A DNA stretch of 64,000 nucleotides from Candidatus Marinacidobacterium sp. (GCA_965204755.1 OZ242011.1:1344001-1408000), one strand, 5' to 3'; counted from the stretch's first letter, positions 27,788-38,106 are shown. A program made the numbers and translations. Notes: generated from the letters alone by a model not told the origin.

Positions 27788-28438
27788 CTACCCGGCGGAG
27801 GCGGCAGGCGCGTCGGAAGCAGGCGCGGCCCCGCCGGCGGCGTCCGGCGAGGACTCGGCGGCGTCCGGCGAGGACTCGGCCGCGTCCGGCGAGGCATCTT
27901 CCGGCGGAGCAGGGTCTGCCGCGGATTCCGTCGCCGGCGCGGCGGGCTCCTCGGGCGTCAGCACCGCCGCCCGGTCGCCGAGGGACTCCACCGCCAGCGC
28001 GGTGACCTCGATCGGGAGCGTGACCTGCACTTCCGGATGGAGCCGAATCACCACCGACCCCTCCCCCAGGTTGCGGATCGGGCCGCCCAGGATGATCCGG
28101 TTCCGGGCGATCTCGAACCCCCGCTCGTCGAGGCGGCGGCTGATGTCCAGGACCGACACCGAACCGTAGAGTTCGTCCGAGTCGGACTTGACGCGCCGCT
28201 CGAAGCGGAGCGCGAGCCCTTCGAGTTCCGCGCCGAGCGCTTCGGCGGTCTTCCGGTCGGCGACTTTCTGGACGGCCCAGGCGCGCTTCGCGTCCGAGAC
28301 TTCGCGCCGGTTCTCTTCGGTCACCGGAAGGGCGATGCCCCGCGGCAACAGGTAGTTGCGCGCGTAGCCGGGGCGGACGACCACTTCGTCGCCCGGCTCC
28401 CCGAGCGTCTCGACCGGTTTTCGGAGCAGGAGGCGCAT
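27788..28438 (-). CDS. rplI: 50S ribosomal protein L9 with an acidic/Ala-rich C-terminal tail
   Basis: LGEPGDEVVVRPGYARNYLLP, LYGSVS, IRLHPEV. Confidence 0.96.
   Translation of the reverse strand: MRLLLRKPVETLGEPGDEVVVRPGYARNYLLPRGIALPVTEENRREVSDAKRAWAVQKVADRKTAEALGAELEGLALRFERRVKSDSDELYGSVSVLDISRRLDERGFEIARNRIILGGPIRNLGEGSVVIRLHPEVQVTLPIEVTALAVESLGDRAAVLTPEEPAAPATESAADPAPPEDASPDAAESSPDAAESSPDAAGGAAPASDAPAASAG
27839..27894. repeat. 21-bp tandem repeat (about 2.7 copies) encoding SPDAAES in the L9 tail
   Basis: GGCGTCCGGCGAGGACTCGGC at 27839 and 27860, partial copy at 27881. Confidence 0.85.
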
Positions 28439-28443
28439 CGAAC

Positions 28444-28689
28444 TCACTCGTAGGGCAGCAGCGCCATCTGCCGGGCGCGCTTGATCGCGATGCGGATCTT
28501 GCGCTGGAGGCGGGCCGAGGCGCGGGAGACGCGCCGCGGCACGATCTTCCCCCGGTCCCCGATGAACTCGCGGAGGAAGTCCACATCCTTCCAGTCCACG
28601 CGCTCCACGCCGTTCAGCAGGGGGTTCACCCGGACGCGGCGGCTGCTGCGCCGCCGGCGCCGTTGCGGGGGACTGCCGCTCTCGCTCAT
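28444..28689 (-). CDS. rpsR: 30S ribosomal protein S18 (no Zn-ligand cysteines)
   Basis: [34 protein letters not shown]. Confidence 0.96.
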   Translation of the reverse strand: MSESGSPPQRRRRRSSRRVRVNPLLNGVERVDWKDVDFLREFIGDRGKIVPRRVSRASARLQRKIRIAIKRARQMALLPYE

Positions 28690-29414
28690 GAGGTCTTCTC
28701 CTCGGTCTTGCCGCCGCTCGCGGCGGCTTCCGGCGCGCCGTCCTCGGGTGAGACGGCTGCCTTCCGGGTTGGCGGCGCCGGCTCGGCCGCCGCTTCGGGC
28801 TCGGAAGTCCCGCGGCTGCGGCCGGCGGCCCTCTCGCCCCTCCGGCCCTTGCCGCTCGCCGCGGCCTTGCGGGCCGGCGGTTCATCGGACGGGGGCCTGG
28901 CGGCCGCGGGCTTGTCGCCCGACGGCCTGTCTCTGGACGGCCTGTCTCTCGATGGCTTGTCGCTCGACGGCCTCTCGCTCGACGGCCTGTCGCCGGCTTC
29001 GGCGGCTTCCTTCTCCGCGGCGGCCGCCGCCGCCTCGGCTTCCTTTTCGCGCTGCGCCCGGGCCGCCGCCTGGGCCGCTTTCTCCTCGCGGCGGCGAGCG
29101 TCCGCGGCCTGGTCGAGTTCCCGGGTTTCCTTGTCGGTCCTCAGCACGAGGAACCGGAGGACGCCCTCCGCCAACCGCACCCGGCTCTCGATGCCGGAGA
29201 TCGCCTCCGGCGGCGCGTCGAAGTAACAGAGCATGTAGAGGCCCTCGTTCCGTCCGCGCACCGGGTAAGCCAGCCTTCGCCGCTCCCAGGCCTTCAGACT
29301 CACGATCTGCCCTCCCTGTCCTTTCACGATGCCCTCGACCCGCTCGACCACGGCGAGCGAGGCCGCCGAGTCGAGCGTCGGGTCGAGGAGGAACATGAAC
29401 TCGTAGCCGTTCAT
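28686..29414 (-). CDS. rpsF: 30S ribosomal protein S6 with a very long C-terminal tail (242 aa in total)
   Basis: [25 protein letters not shown]; upstream of rpsR-rplI. Confidence 0.95.
   Translation of the reverse strand: MNGYEFMFLLDPTLDSAASLAVVERVEGIVKGQGGQIVSLKAWERRRLAYPVRGRNEGLYMLCYFDAPPEAISGIESRVRLAEGVLRFLVLRTDKETRELDQAADARRREEKAAQAAARAQREKEAEAAAAAAEKEAAEAGDRPSSERPSSDKPSRDRPSRDRPSGDKPAAARPPSDEPPARKAAASGKGRRGERAAGRSRGTSEPEAAAEPAPPTRKAAVSPEDGAPEAAASGGKTEEKTS
28906..28995. repeat. Six 15-bp units encoding (D/E)(R/K)PS(S/R/G)-type pentapeptides in the S6 tail
   Basis: GACGGCCTGTCTCTS-like units at 28921, 28936, 28951, 28966, 28981 and a degenerate unit at 28906. Confidence 0.85.
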
Positions 29415-29469
29415 CGCGTGGGGTCTCCCGCGCCGCCGGACGGCGCCGTGGTCCCCGGTCGGCGCATCG

Positions 29470-30135
29470 TCACGCCGGGGACCGGTTGAAGCGGTTCATC
29501 GCCGCATCGAGCCCTTCGCCGATTGCGGTAGCGATCGCGCGGGCCGCCCGCTCGAGCAGGTCGTCCACCGCCTCCGCTTCCGCCGCGGCGAACGGAGCGA
29601 GGACATGATCCGCGGGGTCCTCCCCCGCCGGAGGCGCCCCCACGCCCAGGCGCATCCGCGGCACTTCGTCGGTGCCGAGGGCGGAGAGGACGGAGGCGAG
29701 TCCGTTGTGGCCGCCGTCGCTCCCCCGCCGCCGGGCGCGGATCGCACCCAGCGGAAGCGCGTAGTCGTCGCAGACGACCAGCGCCGCCTGCGGAGACGCC
29801 GATTCCGAGGCCAGCAGTCGGCGCACCGGGCCGCCGCTGCGGTTCATGTACCCGGTGGGGCGCAACAGGACGACCGGACGGTCGGCGATCTCGGCTTCCA
29901 CGAGTTCGCCGCCGTCGAACCTCCGGCGGCGCGACGGAAGTCCCTCGAGCAGCGCCGTAACCGCCTCGAAACCGATGTTGTGGCGGGTCCCGTCGTAACG
30001 GGCGCCGGGGTTCCCGAGCCCGACGATGACCCGAATCGGCGCTCGGACCGGGGTCTCCCGCGGCGCCTCCGCCAACGAAGACCCCGCCGCCGGCGCGACG
30101 GGCGCCGCGAGGGGCCGGGCCCCGAGCGAACTCAC
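29470..30135 (-). CDS. pth: Peptidyl-tRNA hydrolase
   Basis: IVGLGNPGARYDGTRHNIGF, YMNRSG, GGHNGL. Confidence 0.97.
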   Translation of the reverse strand: MSSLGARPLAAPVAPAAGSSLAEAPRETPVRAPIRVIVGLGNPGARYDGTRHNIGFEAVTALLEGLPSRRRRFDGGELVEAEIADRPVVLLRPTGYMNRSGGPVRRLLASESASPQAALVVCDDYALPLGAIRARRRGSDGGHNGLASVLSALGTDEVPRMRLGVGAPPAGEDPADHVLAPFAAAEAEAVDDLLERAARAIATAIGEGLDAAMNRFNRSPA

Positions 30136-30806
30136 TCGGCCGCGCCCTCGCCGGCATCCGCAGCGGCGGGAGTTCCTTCGGCCGCGCCCTCGGAGGCGCC
30201 TTCGGCGGCGGCTTCTTTCTCCTCGTCCTCGTCCTCGTCGTCACCCACCTTCGGCGCGGAGACATGGACCACCACGACCTCCGGTTCGGTCGCCAGTTCG
30301 AGTTTCCCCGGGAGTTCGATGTCCGAGGCCCGGACCGTGTCCCCGTAGTCGAGCGCGGCGACTTCCAGCGGAAGGTTCACCGGGATGTCGCCCGGACGGC
30401 AGGCCACCGCCAGCGAGCGGGTGACGAAGTCGAGGTGGCCGCCGCGCTTCACGCCCACCGATTCCCCGGTGAGGCGCACCGGCACCTGCCACACCGCCAC
30501 CTTGTCCAGTTCCACCCGCAGGAGGTCGGCGTGGAGCAGCGAGTGGTCGAGCGGATGGAGTTGGTAGTCGTGGATCATCACCTGCTCGGCCTTCCGGTCG
30601 CCCTCGATCTCGAGCGAGAAGATCGTGTTCACGCCGCGCGGCGAGCGGATGATGTCGGTCAAGTGTTCCGGCCGGACGGCGAGCGAGCGGGACTCGACGC
30701 TCCGGCCGTACACCACCGCCGGAATCAGACCGCCGGCGCGCAACCGTCGGTTCGGCCCCTTGCCCACTTCGGCTCTCGGGCGGGCGGAAACGCGGGTGTC
30801 GGACAT
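30132..30806 (-). CDS. rplY: 50S ribosomal protein L25/Ctc
   Basis: RRLRAGGLIPAVVYG, QLHPL...HADL, GVKRGG. Confidence 0.96.
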   Translation of the reverse strand: MSDTRVSARPRAEVGKGPNRRLRAGGLIPAVVYGRSVESRSLAVRPEHLTDIIRSPRGVNTIFSLEIEGDRKAEQVMIHDYQLHPLDHSLLHADLLRVELDKVAVWQVPVRLTGESVGVKRGGHLDFVTRSLAVACRPGDIPVNLPLEVAALDYGDTVRASDIELPGKLELATEPEVVVVHVSAPKVGDDEDEDEEKEAAAEGASEGAAEGTPAAADAGEGAAE

Positions 30807-31093
30807 CGGATGGTGGTTCGGGGCCTTTCTGGATCGCCCAGGAGCGAAGGGTCGGGGTTGCGGGATCGGGCGCGGCGAATGGAGAGGGAAGCGGAACGAC
30901 CGGGCCGGCCTCGCGCCGGGGCCGGGAAACGCTCCGGCCGCCGTCCGCAGCGCCGCGCGTCCCGCCTGCCGAGCGGCCCGCACGCGTAAGGCGCCGGTCG
31001 CGGGACCGGTCGGGCTCGTCCCCGAAAGCGCCGCCGCTCGCCGGATCCATCGGCGCCCGCCATCGAACCGCCGCCCGGCGAAACGGGCGGGAG

Positions 31094-31102
31094 AGTCTAG
31101 CA
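31094..31102 (-). promoter_or_regulatory. Possible extended -10 promoter for rplY-pth-rpsF
   Basis: Minus strand TGcTAGACT in an otherwise very GC-rich spacer. Confidence 0.5.
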
Positions 31103-31135
31103 GCCCCCCGCGGAAGGACCGGCCCGGAAAACCGC

Positions 31136-32128
31136 TCAGCCGAAGAGCGAACTCACCGAGGTCTCGCCGTGGACGCTCTCGATGGCGCGGGCGAAGAGGG
31201 GCGCCACCGAGAGCACGGTGAGGCGCGACGCGGACGCCTCGACTTCGGGGGTGAGCGGAATCGTGTCCCCGACGATCAGGCGCTCGACGGGCCCCTCCTC
31301 CACCCGCCGGACGGCCGAGCCGGAGAGCACCGGGTGGGTGCAGACGGCCATCACCGGCGCGGCGCCCGCCTCGCGGAGCGCTTCCGCCGCCCGCATCAGC
31401 GTCCCGGCGGAATCCACGATGTCATCCACCAGGAGGGCGGCGCGGCCGCGCACTTCGCCGACCACATGCATGGTCTCGATGTTCCGGTCGTTGCCCCGGC
31501 GCTTGTCCATCACCGCGATGCCGACGCCCAACTTCTTCCCGTAGGCGCGCGCCCGCTCCACGCCGCCGGCGTCCGGCGCGACCACGATCGGCCGCTCCAG
31601 TTGCAGCGACTCGAGGTATTCCAGCATCACCGGCGCGGCGAAGAGGTGGTCCACCGGGATGTCGAAGTAGCCCTGGATCTGGCCGGCGTGGAGGTCCATG
31701 GCGATGACCCGGTGGACGCCGGCGACGGTCAACAGGTCGGCCACCAACTTCGCCGAGATGGGGACCCGGGGGCGGTCCTTGCGGTCCTGCCGGGCGTAGC
31801 CGTAGTAGGGGATCACCGCGTTGATCCGGGCGGCGGACGCCCGCTTCAGCGCGTCCACCATGATGAGGAGTTCCATCAGGTTCTCGTTCACCGGCGGCGC
31901 GGTGGACTGCACCACGAACACATCGGCGCCGCGCACATTGTCGTGGACCTGGAACCGCACTTCGCCGTCCCGGAAGCGGCCGAGCGAGGCCGAACCGAGC
32001 CGGATCCCGAGGTGTTCCGCGATCGCCGCCGCGAGCGCCGGATTCGACCCTCCCCCGAACACCTGGAGCCGGCCCGAAAAGCCGTGCACCGGACTGCGGC
32101 AGGCGGGATCTTCGGTGTCGCGGATCAT
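31136..32128 (-). CDS. prs: Ribose-phosphate pyrophosphokinase
   Basis: FRDGE, PYYGYARQDRK, DLHAGQIQG, VAPDAGG, VDDIVDSAGT. Confidence 0.98.
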   Translation of the reverse strand: MIRDTEDPACRSPVHGFSGRLQVFGGGSNPALAAAIAEHLGIRLGSASLGRFRDGEVRFQVHDNVRGADVFVVQSTAPPVNENLMELLIMVDALKRASAARINAVIPYYGYARQDRKDRPRVPISAKLVADLLTVAGVHRVIAMDLHAGQIQGYFDIPVDHLFAAPVMLEYLESLQLERPIVVAPDAGGVERARAYGKKLGVGIAVMDKRRGNDRNIETMHVVGEVRGRAALLVDDIVDSAGTLMRAAEALREAGAAPVMAVCTHPVLSGSAVRRVEEGPVERLIVGDTIPLTPEVEASASRLTVLSVAPLFARAIESVHGETSVSSLFG

Positions 32129-32180
32129 CGGGCGACGCGACGACGCCGACGGAAATCCGTCGGCGGAGGAATCGAGGAGG

Positions 32181-32252
32181 CTGGGGCGGAAGGATTCGAA
32201 CCCTCGTAGACCGGAACCAAAACCCGGCGCCTAGCCCCTCGGCCACGCCCCA
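32181..32252 (-). tRNA. tRNA-Gln (TTG), CCA not encoded
   Basis: TGGGGCG...CGCCCCA-G, arm CCGGG-TTTTGGT-TCCGG; usual ispE-tRNA-prs synteny. Confidence 0.9.
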
Positions 32253-32336
32253 AGAACCTGCAGCCCGAAACCGACCCGACCCGGGCGCCCGCGGGCGGAA
32301 ACCGCGGGGGCGCCCGGCGGGAACGCCGTCCGGCGG

Positions 32337-33365
32337 TCACGAACGCCCCCGGTCGGAAGCCGCGCCCCGGAGGAGTTCGCCCCGGGAGACCGCGCGGGTG
32401 GCGAGGGCCCGCCATTCCCGGCCGTCGAGCCGCCGAGCCGCCTCCTCCGCGGCCGCCGGATCGCCGAAGACGCCGTACACCGCCGAACCGCTCCCGGACA
32501 TCGCCGAAACCAGCGCCCCGGAGGCCAGGAGCGCCCGGCGCATCTCGCCGATCTCCCGGCCCGGCGCCGCCGATTCGAACACCGCGGACTGTTCGAGATC
32601 GTTCCGAAAGTCGTCCGGAGAAGAAGGAAACGAAGGCTCGCCGACGAAGCCGGGGAACCCGCGAAGGCCGGCGATTCTACCAACGGGCGCGGCCCGCCGG
32701 CGCCCCGGATTCCGCTCGCGTCCCCGCCCGGAGGAGGCGGGATCGAGACCCCGGTACGCCTCGGCGGTGGAGATCCCGAAGCGGGGCAGGAGCAGCACCA
32801 GCGCCGGCGGACGCGGCGCCGCGGCGGAGCCCCCCGTTTCCGCCAACGGGAACACCGCGTCGCCCCGCCCTCCGGCGAACGCGGCGCCCCCGTAGAGGAA
32901 GAACGGGACATCCATGCCGATCGCGGCGGCCGTCCGGTGGAGTTCGGCGCGGGACCGGCCCAGCCGGAAGAGTCGGTTCAACCCGGTCAGGGCGGCGGCG
33001 GCGTCGGAACTGCCGCCGCCCAGCCCCCGGCCGGCCGGGATCCCTTTCCGCAGGAGGATCGAGACGCCGGGGAGCGGCCGGCCCGTCGCGGATTCCAGCC
33101 CCTCCGCCGCGCGCAGCACCAGGTTCTCGCGCCCGCCGGGAATCGGGTCGCCGCCCGCCTCGCCCACGCAGCGGAGCCGCAGGCCGGCGCCGCCGGGCTG
33201 GAACCGGAGTTCGTCCCACAACGCGATCGTGGCCAGCCGGGTGCGGATCCGGTGGTAGCCGTCAGCGCGTCTCCCCAGAACGCGCAGACCGAAGTTCACT
33301 TTCGCCGGCGCCCGAACCACGAGCGGCGGGCGGTCGGCCGCCGGGGAAACCGCCGGCCGGCTCAT
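32337..33365 (-). CDS. ispE: 4-diphosphocytidyl-2-C-methyl-D-erythritol kinase
   Basis: APAKVNFGL, KGIPAGRGLGGGSSDAAA, MSGSGS. Confidence 0.96.
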   Translation of the reverse strand: MSRPAVSPAADRPPLVVRAPAKVNFGLRVLGRRADGYHRIRTRLATIALWDELRFQPGGAGLRLRCVGEAGGDPIPGGRENLVLRAAEGLESATGRPLPGVSILLRKGIPAGRGLGGGSSDAAAALTGLNRLFRLGRSRAELHRTAAAIGMDVPFFLYGGAAFAGGRGDAVFPLAETGGSAAAPRPPALVLLLPRFGISTAEAYRGLDPASSGRGRERNPGRRRAAPVGRIAGLRGFPGFVGEPSFPSSPDDFRNDLEQSAVFESAAPGREIGEMRRALLASGALVSAMSGSGSAVYGVFGDPAAAEEAARRLDGREWRALATRAVSRGELLRGAASDRGRS

Positions 33366-34237
33366 CGGGCGCGGGGCTGCACGGCGTCGAGGAACGCAGG
33401 GACCGACAGGCGGCGGAGGCCGGCGGTGTCCGGCAGCCGGAAGGAGTCCGGGTGGAGGCGGGCGTTGATCCGCAGTTCCTCGACCCGGAGCGTCGCTTCC
33501 ACCCCCGGGGCCGCGATCCCGATCCGGCGCGGCGCCTGCCGATCGGAATCCGCCCGATCCGGGTACCGCACCTCGTAGCCGGGCGCGGCTGCCCGGACCA
33601 CCCGGGGAGGGGAGTCCGCCCCCTCCTCCGCCGGCCCGACCGGAACCGGCGCCCAGCGAAGCGACCCGCCGCCCCCGACGAGCCTCGCCCCGCCCTCCGC
33701 CGGGACTCCTTCGGCGCCGGGCGGGATGGGGATCCCGCTCCCGGAGAGCGCGGCGCCGACCTCTTCGAGTCCGACCGCGGCGCCGAACAGCGGCTCGGTG
33801 AACTCGCGAAGGGCCTTTCCCACGGTGAACACCCGCGCTCCCGGAGCCACCGCCTCGACCCGGCCGGGCCGGGCGACCAGACTCCAGCGCGCCCCGCCGA
33901 CCGGCCCGAACGCCGAGATCCGCATCGCCTCCACCGCGCCCCCGCCCGACGGGCGCCCCGGCGCCTCCGCCGGCGCGGAGTCCCCCTCCCGCCGCGCGAA
34001 CACCACCAGCAGCCGGCCCGAGGTCCGGCGGCCGTCCCGTTCGCCGCGAACGCCGAAGACCGCCTGGTACCGCCGCACCCCGGCAGCCGCCGCGCGAGTC
34101 CGGTCGAGCAACCGAGACGCCTCCGCCGCCGAGAGCGGGCGCGCTGGAGGCGGCGGGTCGGGCGGCCGCCGGACGCAGGAGGAGAGGGCGCCCGCGGCCA
34201 GCAGGCCGAGGAACCAGCCTCGCCGCCCGTGGAGCAA
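33362..34237 (-). CDS. Putative lipoprotein at the LolB position
   Basis: Lipobox-like LAAGALSSC; lies between the TPR gene and ispE; start (TTG 34237) inferred. Confidence 0.55.
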   Translation of the reverse strand: MLHGRRGWFLGLLAAGALSSCVRRPPDPPPPARPLSAAEASRLLDRTRAAAAGVRRYQAVFGVRGERDGRRTSGRLLVVFARREGDSAPAEAPGRPSGGGAVEAMRISAFGPVGGARWSLVARPGRVEAVAPGARVFTVGKALREFTEPLFGAAVGLEEVGAALSGSGIPIPPGAEGVPAEGGARLVGGGGSLRWAPVPVGPAEEGADSPPRVVRAAAPGYEVRYPDRADSDRQAPRRIGIAAPGVEATLRVEELRINARLHPDSFRLPDTAGLRRLSVPAFLDAVQPRAR

Positions 34238-34266
34238 GCGGAGCCGGAGATCGAAGAAGCGGCGGG

Positions 34267-36294
34267 CTATCGCCGTTCGTCGGCCGCTTCTTCGATCTTC
34301 CGCGACACGGCTTCGCGTTCGAGTTCGTCTTCCCCGTCGTGTTCCAGCGCCCGCCGCCAGAACCGCACCGCCTCGTCGGCGTTCCCCTTGGCCCGGTACA
34401 GGTCGCCGAGATGGTCGAGCACGACGCTGTTCTCCGGCATGCAGCGGGCGGCGGAGAGGAGGTTCGGCTCGGCCAGGTCGAGTCGGCCGCGGCGGAATTG
34501 CACCCAGCCGAGGCTGTCCCGGTAGGAGCCGTTGTGGGGATCCTCGTCCAGCGCCCGGCGGATCAGCGCCTCGGACTCCTCCAGCCGATGGTCGTCCTCG
34601 GTGAGCATGTATCCGAGGTAGTTCAGCGAGAGGGCGTGGTCGGGCGCCCGCTCCAGCACCCGCCGGAACTCCGCCTCCGCTTCCTCCCGGCGGCCCTGCC
34701 GCTCCAGGACCGCGCCGAGTTGGAACCGGAAGGCGGTGTCCTCCGGCCGCTCCGCCAGCCACTCCCGCGCCACCGCCTCCGCGGCGGCGTAGTCGCCCTG
34801 TTCCACCCGGTGGCGCAGGAGTTCGTGCGCCGGGCCGGGCTCCTCCGGGTTTTCGTCCGCCAGCCGGAGCAGGACGGCGAGCGCCTGCGCCGGCCGGCCG
34901 GACGCGGAGAGCACCCGGGCTTCGAGCGCCGCGAGCCCCGGCGTGTCTTCGTGGCGTTCCCGAACCTCGGCCAGCCTCGAAACCGCGCCGTCGGCGTCCC
35001 CGGCCGCGAGCATCCCGTGGATCTCCATGACCCGGAACCGCAGCGCGTCGCTTCGCCCTTCGGAGAGCGACCGCGCTTCGCCGAGCGCGTCGAGCGCCGC
35101 CCGGTGGTCGCCGAGTTCCTGGCGGGCATGGGCGTAACGCACCAGGAAGTCCCGCCGCCGGGCGCGCCCGTAGGAGTCCTCCGGCAGGTCGAGCAGCGAG
35201 CGGAATTCCCCGGCGGCGCTCTCGTACTCGCAGCGGGCCAAGTACACGCCGCCGAGCGCGTCCCGCGCCGGGAGATGACGGGCGTTCCGCTCGAGCACCC
35301 GGCCCAGGACCTCCTCCGCTTCCCGAAGCCGCTGCTGGCGCTGCCGCACCCGGGCGAGTCCCATCAGCGCGAGTTCGTCCTCCGGTTCCGCCTCGACCAC
35401 CCGCTCGAACGCCGCCCCCGCTTCGTCCAACCGGCCCACCCGGTAGAACGCCTCGGCGAGCGCCCGGCGCACCTCGGGGTCGTCCGGGTGTTCCGCCGCG
35501 GCCGATTCGTACAGGGCCGCCGCCTCCGCGAAGGCCTCTTCCCGTGAGCGGCCGGGGACGCCCTGGGGGTCGAGCAGCAGGCTGTCGAGCAGTTCGCGCG
35601 CGTCGGGCTGCCGGGGTTCGATGCGCAGCGACCGGAGCGCGTAGTCGAAGGCCTGCTCCCGGTCACCGTCGGCGAGCCGGAGCCGCGCCAGCAGGAAGAG
35701 TTCGTGGTACGGGTCGGGGGCCCGCCGGGTGAGTTCCCGGAAGTGCGCCGCCGCTTCCTCGCTCCGTCTCGCCGAAGCGAGCAGTCGGGCGAGCGCCGAG
35801 CGGCTCTCCAGATCGTCGGGGTCCAGCCGGACCGCCTCGCTGAAGGCCCCGATGGCGCGCTCCGCGGCTTCGGGATCGCCCGAGCGCAGTTGCCGGAAGT
35901 AGAGGCTTCCCAGGATCTGGTGCGGCGCGGCGGCGGCAGGGTCGCGCTCCGCCGCTTCCCGCGCAGTTCGCTCCGCCTCTTCCCCGTCGGAGGCGCCGTA
36001 GTGGAGGCTGGCCAGCGCCACCAGCGGCCCGACCGACCGCGGGTCGAGTTCGGCGGCGCGGCGGTAGGCGGCGGCCGCGGCCTCCGAATCACGCGCCCGT
36101 TCGGCCATCCGCCCTTCGGTGAAGAGGCGGTAGGCCTCGGCGACCGCGTCCACCGGAACGACCGGCGCAGCGGGTTCGGCGGCGGCCTCGTCGGCAGCGG
36201 GAGGGGCCGGGTTCCGGGGCTGTCCGGCAGCCGCCGCCGAGCCCGGCAGGAGCGCCGTCGAAACGCCCAGGAGCAGACGGAAAACGCCGGACAT
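34267..36294 (-). CDS. Exported tetratricopeptide-repeat protein
   Basis: Signal-like N-terminus, many A..LDP/P TPR units, LNYLGYML...YRDSLGWV...DHLGDLY. Confidence 0.9.
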   Translation of the reverse strand: MSGVFRLLLGVSTALLPGSAAAAGQPRNPAPPAADEAAAEPAAPVVPVDAVAEAYRLFTEGRMAERARDSEAAAAAYRRAAELDPRSVGPLVALASLHYGASDGEEAERTAREAAERDPAAAAPHQILGSLYFRQLRSGDPEAAERAIGAFSEAVRLDPDDLESRSALARLLASARRSEEAAAHFRELTRRAPDPYHELFLLARLRLADGDREQAFDYALRSLRIEPRQPDARELLDSLLLDPQGVPGRSREEAFAEAAALYESAAAEHPDDPEVRRALAEAFYRVGRLDEAGAAFERVVEAEPEDELALMGLARVRQRQQRLREAEEVLGRVLERNARHLPARDALGGVYLARCEYESAAGEFRSLLDLPEDSYGRARRRDFLVRYAHARQELGDHRAALDALGEARSLSEGRSDALRFRVMEIHGMLAAGDADGAVSRLAEVRERHEDTPGLAALEARVLSASGRPAQALAVLLRLADENPEEPGPAHELLRHRVEQGDYAAAEAVAREWLAERPEDTAFRFQLGAVLERQGRREEAEAEFRRVLERAPDHALSLNYLGYMLTEDDHRLEESEALIRRALDEDPHNGSYRDSLGWVQFRRGRLDLAEPNLLSAARCMPENSVVLDHLGDLYRAKGNADEAVRFWRRALEHDGEDELEREAVSRKIEEAADERR

Positions 36295-36303
36295 GAACCG
36301 AAA

Positions 36304-36309
36304 ATTATA
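36304..36309 (-). promoter_or_regulatory. Perfect -10 box (TATAAT) 9 nt before the TPR gene ATG
   Basis: Minus strand TATAATTTTCGGTTCATG. Confidence 0.55.
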
Positions 36310-36404
36310 GAAGTCGGGAGGCCCGCGCCGAGGCCCGGCCGCCGACCGGAAACGGGCGCTCGGCGGCCGATCGGCGGCGGCCGGGGCGCTCGATCCGCGG
36401 GCCC

Positions 36405-38039
36405 TCAATGGCGGAAGTGCCGGCGACCGGTGAAGACCATCGCCAGCCCGCGCTCGTCGGCGGCGGCGACCACTTCGTCGTCGCGCTTCGACCCTCCCGG
36501 CTGGATGACGGCGCCCACGCCGGCGTCCGCCAACGCCAGCAGGCCGTCCGGGAAGGGGAAGAAAGCGTCGGACGCGGCGGCGGCGCCGGCGAGTTCTTCG
36601 CGGGACTTCTCCACCGCGAGCCGGCAGGAGTCCAGCCGGCTCATCTGCCCGGCGCCCACGCCGAGCAATCGGCGGCGGCGCGCCACCACGATCGCGTTCG
36701 AGCGCACCTGCCGCGCCACCCGCCAGGCGAACCGCAGGCCTTCGGTCTCCTCCCGATCCGGCGCGCGCCGCGTCACCACCCGGTGTCCCTCGCCCTCCCC
36801 TTCCCCGGGAACCGGGCCGTCCCAGTCCTGGGCGAGCAGCCCGCCCGCCACCCGGGCGAGGTAGCGCCCTCTGGGACGGAAGCCGACGGCGTCGGCGCAG
36901 GCGATCAGCCGCAGGTTCTTCTTGCGGCGGAGCCGCGCGAACGCCTCCGGGGCGAAGTTCGGCGCCACCACCGCCTCCAGGAAAGTCGAGGCCAGTTCCT
37001 CGGCGGTCTCGAGGTCCACCGGGCGGCTGAGCCCCACGATGCCGCCGAAGGCGGAGACCGGGTCCGTGGCCCGCGCCGCCGCGTAGGCCTCGGCGAGGGT
37101 TCGTTCCACCGCGGCCCCGGCCGGGTTCGAGTGCTTGACGACGACCGCCGCCGCCCGGTCCGGATGCGCCTCGGCGAGGTCGGCGGTGAGCCGGAGCGCG
37201 GCGTCCAGGTCGAGGATGTTGTTGTAGGAGAGTTCCTTCCCGTGGAGTTGGCGGGCGCCGGGGATCCCCTCCGCCTCCCCGCCCGGGTCCCGGTAGAGCG
37301 CCGCCGACTGGTGGGGGTTCTCGCCGTAGCGGAGGGCGGAAACCCGGTCGAAGGTCAGCGACAAACGCTCCGGGAACCCGGAATCCCCTTCGGCCGCCGC
37401 CTCGCCGCCGGCGTCATCCGCGGCGAACGCGTCGGCGATCGCCGCCTCGTACGCCGCCGTCGCCCGGAAGGCCTTCGCCGCCAGGCGCCGGCGCTCGGCC
37501 TCGGCGGCCTCCGAGTCCGGCGCGTCGAGCGTCCGAAGCGCCGCCGGGTAGTCCGCCGGGTCCACCACCACGGCCACATCCGGCCAGTTCTTGGCCGCCG
37601 CGCGAACCAGGCAGGGGCCGCCGATGTCGATGTTCTCCCGCACTTCGCCGTCGCCCGCGCCGCGCGCGACGGTTTCCTCGAACGGGTAGAAGTTCACCGC
37701 CACCACCTCCACCGGCCGGATACCCAAGCGGCCCAGCGACTCCAGATCGGCGGCGCGGTTCCGCCGCGCCAGGATGCCGCCGTGGATGGCCGGGTGGAGG
37801 GTCTTGACCCGCCCGCCCAGGATCTCCGGACTCCCGGTGACCTCCGCGACCTCCCGGACCTCGACCCCGGCGCCCGACAGGAAGCGGGCGGTTCCGCCGC
37901 TGGCGACGATCTCGAACCCGCGGTCGCGGAGGCCCCGGCCGAACTCGGCGAGCCCCTCCTTCCGGCTGACGCTCAACACCGCCCGCCGGGGAGCGGAAGC
38001 GGGGCCGGCTTCGGGCTCCGAGGGTTCCGGCGCGGGCAT
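36405..38039 (-). CDS. purH: Bifunctional AICAR transformylase/IMP cyclohydrolase
   Basis: [45 protein letters not shown]. Confidence 0.98.
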   Translation of the reverse strand: MPAPEPSEPEAGPASAPRRAVLSVSRKEGLAEFGRGLRDRGFEIVASGGTARFLSGAGVEVREVAEVTGSPEILGGRVKTLHPAIHGGILARRNRAADLESLGRLGIRPVEVVAVNFYPFEETVARGAGDGEVRENIDIGGPCLVRAAAKNWPDVAVVVDPADYPAALRTLDAPDSEAAEAERRRLAAKAFRATAAYEAAIADAFAADDAGGEAAAEGDSGFPERLSLTFDRVSALRYGENPHQSAALYRDPGGEAEGIPGARQLHGKELSYNNILDLDAALRLTADLAEAHPDRAAAVVVKHSNPAGAAVERTLAEAYAAARATDPVSAFGGIVGLSRPVDLETAEELASTFLEAVVAPNFAPEAFARLRRKKNLRLIACADAVGFRPRGRYLARVAGGLLAQDWDGPVPGEGEGEGHRVVTRRAPDREETEGLRFAWRVARQVRSNAIVVARRRRLLGVGAGQMSRLDSCRLAVEKSREELAGAAAASDAFFPFPDGLLALADAGVGAVIQPGGSKRDDEVVAAADERGLAMVFTGRRHFRH

Positions 38040-38106
38040 CGCGAAGCGCGGGATGGTACCCGCCGAAACCGGTTCCGGGCGCCGCCGATCGAAGGGCGCC
38101 GGCGGG

